From Pseudomonadota bacterium (lineage in GTDB: Bacteria; Pseudomonadota; Gammaproteobacteria; Steroidobacterales; Steroidobacteraceae), in NCBI GenBank assembly GCA_021808035.1, contig JAKBCG010000001.1, positions 1 through 47,722 on the forward strand: 47,722 nt of DNA, given 5' to 3'. Positions 30,951-41,968 of this stretch are shown piece by piece. Position numbers and translations under genes: made by a program. Positions within the stretch are counted from its first letter, which is position 1, and each line of letters opens with the position of its first letter. The notes below the pieces were generated by a model. It did no database searches. It saw nothing but the letters and a program-made list of their open reading frames with translations, and was not told where the DNA came from.

Positions 30951-32468
30951 TCAGCCCAGCACGCTCGAGGCCGGCGGCAGGTCGAGCCATAGCTTGCGCA
31001 ACGCCTGATAAGGATCCTGCTCGATCCGGGTCTCGGGACCGAGCACCAGGGTGGCGCGCTGGTCTGGATCGAAGCGAGGCCAGTTCGGAATGTCCGGATT
31101 ATTGGGGTCACCGGTCTTCGCAAAGGCCAGCCAGGTCGAAGCGAGCGCAGTGCACATGCGGCGGGCCTCGCTCGATCCGCTGCCCAGAATGGCGTCCCGT
31201 TCGTTGTACATCGACGCGGGCACGTCCATCGCGTGCGCCGCGCCGAATTTTCCGTCGAACGCGGGACACGGCCACTCCCAGAGGTATGTGTACACGGGAG
31301 TCCCGTGGCGGCGTGCCATGTCCTCCGCCTGCGCGTGCGCGAACCGCCGAAAGCCGGCGTCCGTGATGATCTGTGCGTGCAACAAGTACGGCGACTTCAC
31401 CGGGAAGTGCGCGCGATAGACGGCCGTGAGCGTCGCCGCTCGAGCGCCGTAGCGAACCGTGAGATTCTCCGTCAATTCCTGCTCGGTCATTGCGAATCGG
31501 TCGAAGAAAACACCCGCGTCGTCCAGGGTCGTCGAGATGATGATCGGCACGTCGCCACGACGCGCCGACCCCTCGCCGGCGGGCTGAACCGCCGGGAGAT
31601 GGGTGCCGTCGACGAAAGGCGCGAACGCGTGTGCGCCGACCGTCGTCTGTGCGCTCAGCAGGTCGGACCATGGTAAATCCCGAATTCGACCGATCGTCGC
31701 GCGCGTCAGACCGAGCTTCTCGATGAATGCCCGCGCCGCGCCTGCGGCGAGTTCCCGGGACGGGTGGCTCACCAGCGACCCGCTCTGCACGGCGGCTCTT
31801 TGAAACAGGCCGCGAGCCGCAGGCATGGCGAGCAGAGTGCTCACCTTCCAGCCGCCGCCAGACTGTCCGAAGATCATCACCCGGCCGGGATCGCCGCCGA
31901 AGCGTCCGATGTTGTCGCGAACCCACTCGAGGGCTGCGATCAGGTCCAACATCCCGGCGGCACCCGAATCCTCCCATCGGCCGGATGGATCGACGTCCTG
32001 AAGATCCAGGAAGCCGAAGCTCGACAAGCGATGGGTGACGGCGACGACCACCACATCGCCCAGGCGCGCGAGATTGGCGCCGTCATACATCGGGTGATTG
32101 CCCGAACTGATCGCGAAGCCGCCCCCGTGGATGCAAAACAGCACCGCCCGCTTGTCCTCGTGGCCGGTACCGGGCGTCCAGACGTTGAGATGCAGGCAGT
32201 CCTCGCTCAGCCCGCCCATCGCGACGTTCAGGTCGAATTGAATCAGACGCGCGTAGTCATGAGCGATGTCGTAGGGCACCTGCGGTGACACCGGGCCATA
32301 GCCGAAACAATCTCTCACGCCGGTCCATGGTGGCGGTCGCCGCGGGCGCTGGAAGCGGTTCGCTCCGGCGGTCGAGGCGCCATAGGGCACGCCCTTGAAC
32401 TGCCGGACGCCCGAGCTGACCAGCCCGCGGACGAGACCGCTCGCGGTCTCTACGGTGCAGAATTCCAT
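30951..32468 (-). CDS. Type-B carboxylesterase (PnbA-like), no signal peptide
   Basis: FKGVPYG, SEDCLHLNVWTP, oxyanion HGGGF, DNIGRFGGDPGRVMIFGQSGGG (GxSxG), AAHAMD, FAKTGDPN. Confidence 0.93.
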   Translation of the reverse strand: MEFCTVETASGLVRGLVSSGVRQFKGVPYGASTAGANRFQRPRRPPPWTGVRDCFGYGPVSPQVPYDIAHDYARLIQFDLNVAMGGLSEDCLHLNVWTPGTGHEDKRAVLFCIHGGGFAISSGNHPMYDGANLARLGDVVVVAVTHRLSSFGFLDLQDVDPSGRWEDSGAAGMLDLIAALEWVRDNIGRFGGDPGRVMIFGQSGGGWKVSTLLAMPAARGLFQRAAVQSGSLVSHPSRELAAGAARAFIEKLGLTRATIGRIRDLPWSDLLSAQTTVGAHAFAPFVDGTHLPAVQPAGEGSARRGDVPIIISTTLDDAGVFFDRFAMTEQELTENLTVRYGARAATLTAVYRAHFPVKSPYLLHAQIITDAGFRRFAHAQAEDMARRHGTPVYTYLWEWPCPAFDGKFGAAHAMDVPASMYNERDAILGSGSSEARRMCTALASTWLAFAKTGDPNNPDIPNWPRFDPDQRATLVLGPETRIEQDPYQALRKLWLDLPPASSVLG

Positions 32469-32472
32469 GCGC

Positions 32473-34707
32473 TCACTTGAACCGATAATTCACCGACAGC
32501 CCGATGGTCCTGGGTTGCGCGAGAAATACCGGGACGGGCGCGGCAGGGTCGTACTCGTTCGCCAGAACGGATGCCGAGACCTCGCCGACCCGATCGAACA
32601 CGTTGCGTACGAACAGTCCGTATCGCACGTGATCCGATGCCCGGACCGACAGGTTGAGATCGGTGATGTTGTAAGCCCCCAGCTGGAACTGGGGGCTGAC
32701 GAGCGTGCCGAACCCCGCGTTGCGCTCTCCCATCCAACGATCGGTCGCGGTGAATGCGCCGGTGTACCCACCGTACCAGGTGAAATCGTAGGTACTGATC
32801 AGCGCGAAGTTGAAGCGGGGCGACACCGGCAGCCGGTCGCCGACCGAGTTCACGCCGAGCACCGGTGCGGTGGAGGTGAGCCGCGCATCCGTATAGGCCG
32901 CAGTGCCACCGAGTGTCCAGGTCGACGTGAGGCGATAGTTGAACAACATTTCGGCACCGGTCACCCGTGCGGTTCCGGCGTTCTCGAGCTGGTTCACCCC
33001 GCCGTTGTTCACCGTGACCTGAATGTCCTTCCACAGGATGTCATAGAGATCGAAGTCCAGTGTCGCTCGCTCGTCCAGGAAGGTGGACTTCTCGCCGAGC
33101 TCGTAACTCCACAGTCGGTCCGGACCGAAAGTCGGATTGCCCAGGCCGGGTTTCAATACGAAGTTGGGTCCCCCCGGGCGGAAGCCGCTGGCGGCGCGGG
33201 CGTAGACCATCACATCGTGGGTGATGTGATACTTCGGATTGAGCAAATACGTCATCACGCTCTGGTCGGAAGTGGCGACCGGCGGCGTCAAGGACGTGGA
33301 AGAGCCGGTCGCGAGCAGGCCGCTCACCGTCTCCTCGTACGCCTGCTTCTGGCGGCTGTATCGCAGGCCCATTCCCAGTTCGAACCGCCGGGTGAAGAAG
33401 AGCGTGCCGTCCGCGTAGGCGGCGTACTCCCGGTAGGTGCTCGGCAGGAAACTCGTGAATGGCGACAACCCGAAGAAGACCCCGCCTGGATTCGCGGTAT
33501 CGAACAGATCGACGATCTCGCTGGTCTTTTCGTTGCCGAGAAACCCGCCGATCAACCACTGGAAGTGGTCGTTCTTGCGGGATACCACCCGGATCTCCTG
33601 CGTGAACTTCTTGGTCGTCGTGTTGACGTAGAGGCGCCACGGATCCTGCCCGGCGCCGAAGGCGGCCAAGGCGGCGTCGTAGATCAAGCTGTCGTCCGTG
33701 TAGCTCGTGCCGTTGTTGACCTGGTAGCCGGTGATCGAGCTGACCTTGGCCCAGGGGGCCTGGTAGTCGATGGTCGCTGAATACAGGGTCAGGCTGTAAT
33801 CCGAGGGTTGGAACGTCGGATAGGCTTGATCGTACGTACCATAGGTCGGCTGCCCGGTCGCGGGATTGCGGAAGGCGACGTCCGCGCTCTCACTCGGAAT
33901 GTGCTGGGTCGATGCGCGCAGTACGACGTCCAGTTTGTCGCTGGGTCGTACCAACAGCGCGACACGACCTCCCTCGGATCGGGACCACCCGGCATTGTCG
34001 CGTCCATAGACCGGGTCTTTCGCGTAACCGGCATCGTAGGTCTGATAGCCATCGATTCGAATCGCGGCGACGTCCGTGATCGGGATGTTGACCAGTCCGT
34101 CGTAGGTATGGTTGATATGGCCATGCTGGGTGGATCCGAGCTCCGCTCCCACGTCGGCCTCGAAAGACCGCAATTCCGGCGTCTGGGACACGTACCTGAT
34201 CGTGCCGCCGAGCGACGTCGCACCGTACAGCGTGCCCTGCGGGCCGTTCAGCACCTCCACCCGATTGAGGTCGAAGGTGTTGATGTTCAGGCTCTGGTAG
34301 CCCACCCCGTTCGACGTGCTGGCGCCGAGTGGAATGTCGTCGAGATAGACGCCCGTCGCACTGCTGAGCTGCGAACCCGTGGTGATGCCGCGGATCACGA
34401 GGAGGTTGGTGCTGGCTCCCGTCGACGAGAAACTCAGTCCCGGCACGAAGCCCGCAAAGTCGTTCAGATCCCGCGCGTTGAGCTGGCGCAACGCCCCTGC
34501 CGTCAAGGCGGTGACCTGGCCGGAAACGTTCTGTATGGACTCGGACCGGCGTGTCGCCGTGACGACCACCTTCGTCAGTTCCCAGCTTGCCGCGCCGTTT
34601 CCTGCCGATGCCGCCGGAGGTTGCGTGCTCTGCGCCAGGGCGACGGGCGTGCCGATCGCCGAAAGCACGGCGGCCAGCGTCGCGAAGATGCGGTGAGATG
34701 TAGCCAT
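32473..34707 (-). CDS. TonB-dependent outer membrane receptor
   Basis: Signal peptide ending ALA-Q, ELTKVVVTATRR, DLNRVEVLNGPQGTLYGA, ASGFRPGGPN, WSYELGEK, QPRTIGLSVNYRFK; ATG 34707 after GGGGAG. Confidence 0.95.
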   Translation of the reverse strand: MATSHRIFATLAAVLSAIGTPVALAQSTQPPAASAGNGAASWELTKVVVTATRRSESIQNVSGQVTALTAGALRQLNARDLNDFAGFVPGLSFSSTGASTNLLVIRGITTGSQLSSATGVYLDDIPLGASTSNGVGYQSLNINTFDLNRVEVLNGPQGTLYGATSLGGTIRYVSQTPELRSFEADVGAELGSTQHGHINHTYDGLVNIPITDVAAIRIDGYQTYDAGYAKDPVYGRDNAGWSRSEGGRVALLVRPSDKLDVVLRASTQHIPSESADVAFRNPATGQPTYGTYDQAYPTFQPSDYSLTLYSATIDYQAPWAKVSSITGYQVNNGTSYTDDSLIYDAALAAFGAGQDPWRLYVNTTTKKFTQEIRVVSRKNDHFQWLIGGFLGNEKTSEIVDLFDTANPGGVFFGLSPFTSFLPSTYREYAAYADGTLFFTRRFELGMGLRYSRQKQAYEETVSGLLATGSSTSLTPPVATSDQSVMTYLLNPKYHITHDVMVYARAASGFRPGGPNFVLKPGLGNPTFGPDRLWSYELGEKSTFLDERATLDFDLYDILWKDIQVTVNNGGVNQLENAGTARVTGAEMLFNYRLTSTWTLGGTAAYTDARLTSTAPVLGVNSVGDRLPVSPRFNFALISTYDFTWYGGYTGAFTATDRWMGERNAGFGTLVSPQFQLGAYNITDLNLSVRASDHVRYGLFVRNVFDRVGEVSASVLANEYDPAAPVPVFLAQPRTIGLSVNYRFK

Positions 34708-34767
34708 TATCACTCCCCGGAAACCATGGTGTTTTGAGAACCCCGCATCGGCCGGGAATCCACTATT

Positions 34768-34811
34768 TTTCAGCAGATGTTGAAATTATTCTAGAAGCTC
34801 GAGGCTGTCAA
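34768..34811 (-). promoter_or_regulatory. Sigma70 promoter of the TBDR-esterase-bdhA operon overlapped by a palindromic operator
   Basis: Minus-strand TTGACA (34811-34806)-N17-TAATTT (34788-34783). The inverted repeat TTTCAGCAGATGTTGAAA (34768-34785) overlaps the -10/+1 region. Confidence 0.7.
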
Positions 34812-35031
34812 GGAATCGGGAACCGCTTTGATCGGTGCGATACCCGGGCGCCGTGGCGCGCGCGCGACCCCCGTCAGCCCTCGGGACATGCCGCGGAGAC
34901 GTGAAAAAAAACTATTTTTACTGCACCGGCCGGGCGTCCGACCAGCCCGGGTTGGCTTGGGCGCACCGCCAGCGCGTGGTGACCCAGGGCATGGTGGCGG
35001 CTGCATCGGCAGCATGCCAGCCGCCGGATCG

Positions 35032-35059
35032 TTGTCGATTCCTCAACGATCGTTAAAAT
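35032..35059 (+). promoter_or_regulatory. Candidate tetR promoter with a second operator copy
   Basis: TTGTCG-N16-TAAAAT containing CCTCAACGATCGTTAAAA (35041-35058), which fits the same TTCAAC-N4-GTTGAA consensus as the first operator. Confidence 0.55.
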
Positions 35060-35179
35060 TTACCGCTCCGGCCGCGGATGCCCGGGAGCGAGCTCCGAAC
35101 CGCGTGCTCACATGGTGGCAGGTCCGCCCGTACCGTCGCCCCTCGGCGAAGGATCGTGCTATTTTCGCGCGAATCCCAC

Positions 35180-35932
35180 GTGCTCGATGAGTCGGTTCCA
35201 GATCCTATCGTGACCCAGATCGACCCCAAGTCGCCGGCGAAACCCCGCCAACGGAAGTCGAGCCGTCCCACGTCATCGCCGGCGGATATCCGGCCGAAGG
35301 CACCCGCCAGGCTCCTGGATGCGGCGGAAACGCTGTTCGCGCAACGCGGCTTCCATGGCGTCACGACGCGCCAGGTCGCGGCGGCGGCGGGTGTCGACGT
35401 TGCATTGATCTACTATCACTTCGAAAGCAAATCCGGTCTGTTCGACGCGGTTCTCGAACGCCGCGCACGTCCGCTGGTCGCCGCTCGCCGCGAATCGTTG
35501 CGCGACTACGTCGCGGGTGCCCGCGTGGTCACGGTGGAGGGTGCGGTGGCCGCATTCATCAATCCGATGATCGACTTTTCACTCCACGGGGATCCGGGGT
35601 GGAAGCGATACTTCGCGCTGGTCGCGCAGATCGACAATACCCCTTGGGGCGGCGAGATCATTCATCGATATTTCGACGACAACGTGCAAGAGTTGATCGA
35701 CGTCCTGCAGTGCGCCCTGCCGGGCAGTCCCAAGCGTGAACTGTATTGGGCATACAATTTCCTCGCGGGCTCGATGATGCTGGCGTTGTCCGGCACGGAG
35801 CGGGTCGACCGGCTTTCCGCGGGGCTGTGTCGTGCGAAGGACCTGGAGGCCGTGCGCCTGCGTTTGCTGAATTACTGCGCCGGTGGCTTCCTGGCCATGG
35901 TCACCGCCGAACGCCTGAGCGGCCGCGCCTAG
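35180..35932 (+). CDS. TetR/AcrR family transcriptional regulator
   Basis: RLLDAAETLFAQRGFHGVTTRQVAAAAGVDVALIYYHFESKSGLF; C-terminal ERVDRLSAGLC. Start uncertain (35078, 35180 or 35210). Confidence 0.93.
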   Translation: MLDESVPDPIVTQIDPKSPAKPRQRKSSRPTSSPADIRPKAPARLLDAAETLFAQRGFHGVTTRQVAAAAGVDVALIYYHFESKSGLFDAVLERRARPLVAARRESLRDYVAGARVVTVEGAVAAFINPMIDFSLHGDPGWKRYFALVAQIDNTPWGGEIIHRYFDDNVQELIDVLQCALPGSPKRELYWAYNFLAGSMMLALSGTERVDRLSAGLCRAKDLEAVRLRLLNYCAGGFLAMVTAERLSGRA

Positions 35933-36016
35933 CAGCGGCGCCACGGCGACCCGGGCCGCTGTCCACGCGCGACGCCGGCCACCGCCCAACGCCCATCGCA
36001 ACGGAGAGAACCCGCC

Positions 36017-36919
36017 TTGTCGAACACCATCGAATCGCAATTCCATCGATCCGCGGACAACCTGCGCCTGCACGTGCGCCAGTACCCGGGGCCGAACCCG
36101 ACGGCGCCGACCGTGCTTTGTCTTCACGGCCTGATGCGCAACGCCTGCGACTTCGAGGACCTGGCGGTCCATCTGCAAGCGCGCTACCGGATACTCGCCC
36201 CGGACTTGCGCGGCCGAGGCCTGTCCGACCGCGATCCGCGGCCGCAGAACTATCAACCGCCGGTGTACCTGGAGGACCTCCGACCGATCTTCGCCGAGGC
36301 CGCGGAGCACGGGCCGTACGCGATCATCGGCACGTCGCTCGGCGGCATTCTGGCCATGGTGCACGCCGCGAGCCGGCCGGCGCGCCTCGCCGGGATCGTG
36401 CTGAACGACATCGGTCCCGCGCTCGATCCGGCGGGCGTCGAGCGGATCAAGGGCTATGCCGGCCGCTCGCCGCCGCCACGCGACTGGCCGGAGGCGATCG
36501 CACAGATGCGCGCGGCCTATGCGGTCGCCTGGCCGGATTTGCCGCCGGATCGCTGGGAGAGGCTCGCGCGCCGCTCCTACATCGAGGACGCGCCGGGCGC
36601 GCTGCGGGCCGCCGCCGACCCCGCGATCGGCGAGGCGATGCGCGCCGCGCCGGCCGCGCCGCTCGACCTGTGGATGCAGTGGCAAGCGCTCGCGGATTTG
36701 CCGGTGCTCGCGCTGCGCGGAGCGCTATCCGACCTGCTGAGTCCCGCGATCCTCGAGCGCATGCTCGAACTGAAGCACGATCTCGAGATCCGGGTGGTCG
36801 CGAACCGCGGCCACGTCCCGCTGCTCGACGAACCGGAATCGCTGCACGCGATCGAGCGCTTCCTCGAGCGCGCCTTCGGCGCACCGCGCGCGGCTATTTG
36901 CGCCACAGCGCCGGCGTGA
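36017..36919 (+). CDS. Alpha/beta hydrolase, resembling the PhaZc-type 3-hydroxybutyrate-oligomer hydrolase family
   Basis: CLHGLMRNACDF, PDLRGRGLSD, nucleophile GTSLGG, VLNDIGP, VERIKGY, RGALSDLL, RGHVP. The fold call is firm; the subfamily call is from memory. Confidence 0.88.
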   Translation: MSNTIESQFHRSADNLRLHVRQYPGPNPTAPTVLCLHGLMRNACDFEDLAVHLQARYRILAPDLRGRGLSDRDPRPQNYQPPVYLEDLRPIFAEAAEHGPYAIIGTSLGGILAMVHAASRPARLAGIVLNDIGPALDPAGVERIKGYAGRSPPPRDWPEAIAQMRAAYAVAWPDLPPDRWERLARRSYIEDAPGALRAAADPAIGEAMRAAPAAPLDLWMQWQALADLPVLALRGALSDLLSPAILERMLELKHDLEIRVVANRGHVPLLDEPESLHAIERFLERAFGAPRAAICATAPA

Positions 36920-38351
36920 ACAGCACGAGGATCGTGAACACCTCGAGCCGGCCGAGCAACATCGCGATGGAGCAGATCCAGGTCTGGAAGTCGTTCAGCA
37001 CGCTGTAATTGCTGTCCGGGCCGACGAGCCCAAGGCCCGGGCCGACGTTGTTGATGCACGCGATGATCGCCGACAGCGAGGTCGTGAAATCGAGGCCGCT
37101 CGCGAGCTCGATGAACACCAGCGTCACGAGGCTCATGAAATACAGGAACACGAAGCCGAGCACCGCGAACACCACGCGATTCGCGATCACCGTGCCGCCG
37201 ATCTTCAACGGCCTCACCAGGTTCGGGTGCACCAGGTGCTCGAGCTCGCGGTTCGCCTGCTTCGCGAGGATCAGCGTGCGGATCATCTTGATGCCGCCGC
37301 CGGTCGACCCCGAGCTCGCGACCACGCAGGACAGGAACAGCATGAACATCGGCGCGAACACCGGCCAGCGCGAATAATCCTGCGTGTGCAGTCCGCTGTC
37401 CGTCGCGATCGACACCACGTTGAAGGTCGCCTCGCGCAGCGCCGTCACGAAGCTCGGATAGGTTCCCTTCGCGAACAGGTACACCGCGATCCCGAACGAG
37501 CTGGCCACGAGCACGCCGACGGTCGCCTTCGCCTCCGAGTCGCGCAGGTACGCGCGCAGCCCGCGCTGCCTCCACGCTTGGTAATGGGTCGCGAAGTTCA
37601 GCGCGGCGAGCACCTCGAAAACGACCAGCACCATCTCGATCGGCACCGAGTTGAAGTGCCCGACGTTGTCGTCGTAGGTCGAGAAGCCGCCGAGGGACAG
37701 CGCCGAGAAGCCGTGACAGACGGCGTCGAACCACCCCATCCCGACGAGCCGCAGCGACAGGATGCACGCGAGCGTGAGGCCCGCGTACACCGTCCATAGG
37801 AGCTTCGCGGACTGGCCGATCCGCGGCGTGAGCTTCGCGTCCTTCATCGGACCGGGCATCTCGGCGCGATAGATCTGCATCCCACCGACGCCGAGCATCG
37901 GCAGGATCGCGACCGCCAGCACGATGATGCCCATCCCGCCGAGCCAGCTGAGTAGGCAGCGCCACAGGTTGATCGACCGCGGCAGGTACTGCAGTCCCGA
38001 CAGAACGGTGCCACCGGACGTCGTGAGCCCCGACGCCGCCTCGAAGTAGGCGTGCGTGAAGTCGATCGGCAGGTAGTGCCACAACGGGAAGCCCGCGACC
38101 GCCGGCAGCGCGATCCAGGTCAATGCGACCAGCACCAGGCCGTCGCGCGTCTTCAGCTCGCGCTTGTAGCGCCGCGTCGCGATCCACAAGGCCGCGCCGA
38201 TCGCGAAGGTCGCGACCGCCGACAGCGCGAACGATCCGAGCGCGAGGTCCTGTCCCCAGATCGCGAGCAGCAGCGGCGCGAGCATCGTCGCGGCGAATCC
38301 CATGATCACCAGCGCGAAGACGTGCGCGACCGGGAGGATCGTCTGCTTCAC
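36894..38351 (-). CDS. trkH: Trk potassium uptake membrane protein
   Basis: FEAASGLTTSG, WLGGMGIIVL, LSLGGFS, GSTGGGIK, NNVGPGLG, MLLGRLEVF. Confidence 0.96.
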   Translation of the reverse strand: MKQTILPVAHVFALVIMGFAATMLAPLLLAIWGQDLALGSFALSAVATFAIGAALWIATRRYKRELKTRDGLVLVALTWIALPAVAGFPLWHYLPIDFTHAYFEAASGLTTSGGTVLSGLQYLPRSINLWRCLLSWLGGMGIIVLAVAILPMLGVGGMQIYRAEMPGPMKDAKLTPRIGQSAKLLWTVYAGLTLACILSLRLVGMGWFDAVCHGFSALSLGGFSTYDDNVGHFNSVPIEMVLVVFEVLAALNFATHYQAWRQRGLRAYLRDSEAKATVGVLVASSFGIAVYLFAKGTYPSFVTALREATFNVVSIATDSGLHTQDYSRWPVFAPMFMLFLSCVVASSGSTGGGIKMIRTLILAKQANRELEHLVHPNLVRPLKIGGTVIANRVVFAVLGFVFLYFMSLVTLVFIELASGLDFTTSLSAIIACINNVGPGLGLVGPDSNYSVLNDFQTWICSIAMLLGRLEVFTILVLFTPALWRK

Positions 38352-39724
38352 AGGAACGAGGTCGAGCCTTGGAAGAGTTTCTCGACCGCGTCCATGTGGC
38401 GGCGGTCGGTCAGGAACAGGATCAGGTGGTCGTCCGGCTGGATCGTCGTGTCGTGATGCGCGATGATCACGTCCTCGCCGCGCACCACCGCGCCGAGCGT
38501 CGTGCCCTCCGGCAAGGCGATCTCCTCGATGCGCCGGCCGATCACGCGCGAGCTGTCGGCGTCACCGTGGACGACCACTTCGAGCGCCTCGGCCGCGCCG
38601 CGCCGCAGCGCATGCACCCGCACGACGTCGCCGTGGCGCACGTGGGCGAGCAGCGAACCGATCGTGACCGTCTGCGGCGAGATCGCGATGTCGATGGACC
38701 CGCTCTCGATCAGCTCCGAATACGACGGCTTGTTGATCAGCGCCATCACCTTGTGTGCGCCGAGCCGTTTCGCGAGCATCGCGGAGAGTATGTTCGCCTC
38801 CTCGGAGTTCGTCAGCGCCGCGAACACGTCGGCGCTGTCGATGTTCTCCTCCAGCAGCAGATCCTCGTCGGCCGCGTCGCCGTGCAGCACGGTGGTGCTC
38901 TTGAGCTGCTCCGAGACGCGCCGCGCGCGCTTGCCGTCGCGCTCGATCAGCTTGACCTGGTTCTTGTCCTCGAGCTCGCTCGCAAGCCGGTAGCCGATGT
39001 TGCCGCCGCCCGCGATCACGACCCGCCGCGCGGGCGCCTCCTCCCGGCGCAGCTCGCGCATCACGACGCGGATGTCGTCACGGGCCGCGAGGAAGAAGAC
39101 CTCGTCGCCATCCTCGATCACGGTGGTGCCTTCCGGCTTGATGCTCTTGCCGGCGCGGTAGATCGCCGCGACGCGCGCCTCCTTCGTCGGGATGTGCTCG
39201 CGCAGCGTCTTCAAGGCCTGGCCGACCAAGGGTCCGCCCTGCAGCGCGCGGATTCCGACGAGGCGCACGCGTCCGTCGGCGAAATCGAGGACCTGCAGCG
39301 CGCCGGGGTAGCGGATCAGGCGCGCGACGTGCTCCGTGACGAGCTGCTCGGGGCTGATCCACAGATCCACCGCGATGCCCTGCTCGCCGAACAGCCGGTC
39401 CCGCTCGGTGAAATCCGCCGAGCGCACCCGCGCGATCTTCTTCGGGGTGCGGTACAAGGTCCACGCGATGTGGCACGCGAGCATGTTCACTTCGTCGCTG
39501 TTGGTCAGCGCGACGAGCACGTCCGTGCTCGCGATTCCCGCCGCCTCGAGGATTCGCGGGCTCGCCGCGTTGCCGCTGACCGAACGGATGTCGAGGCGGT
39601 CCTGCAGATCGCGCAGCACCTCCTCGTCCGAGTCGATCACGGTGACGTCGTTCGCCTCCTCGCGCGACAGATGGTAGGCGAAGGTCCGGCCGACCTGGCC
39701 GGCCCCGAGTATGATGATCTTCAC
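38348..39724 (-). CDS. trkA: Trk potassium uptake NAD-binding subunit
   Basis: MKIIILGAGQVG, ALTNSDEVNMLAC, ISPEQLVT, IAGGGNIG, LRRGAAEALE; two RCK domain pairs. Confidence 0.97.
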   Translation of the reverse strand: MKIIILGAGQVGRTFAYHLSREEANDVTVIDSDEEVLRDLQDRLDIRSVSGNAASPRILEAAGIASTDVLVALTNSDEVNMLACHIAWTLYRTPKKIARVRSADFTERDRLFGEQGIAVDLWISPEQLVTEHVARLIRYPGALQVLDFADGRVRLVGIRALQGGPLVGQALKTLREHIPTKEARVAAIYRAGKSIKPEGTTVIEDGDEVFFLAARDDIRVVMRELRREEAPARRVVIAGGGNIGYRLASELEDKNQVKLIERDGKRARRVSEQLKSTTVLHGDAADEDLLLEENIDSADVFAALTNSEEANILSAMLAKRLGAHKVMALINKPSYSELIESGSIDIAISPQTVTIGSLLAHVRHGDVVRVHALRRGAAEALEVVVHGDADSSRVIGRRIEEIALPEGTTLGAVVRGEDVIIAHHDTTIQPDDHLILFLTDRRHMDAVEKLFQGSTSFL

Positions 39725-39754
39725 GGCGCGGTCAGCTCCCCGGTCGCGGGCCGT

Positions 39755-41905
<2,151 letters not shown>

Positions 41906-41968
41906 CAGGGCGGGAATTGTACTGTAACCGGCGTGAGCACCGCCGCGCGTCGCGTCGGCGGCCGCGGA

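Noticed and set aside
41922..41937. Possible LexA box upstream of uvrD (CTGTAACCGGCGTGAG)
   Set aside because: The right half is GAG rather than CAG and the spacer is GC-rich.
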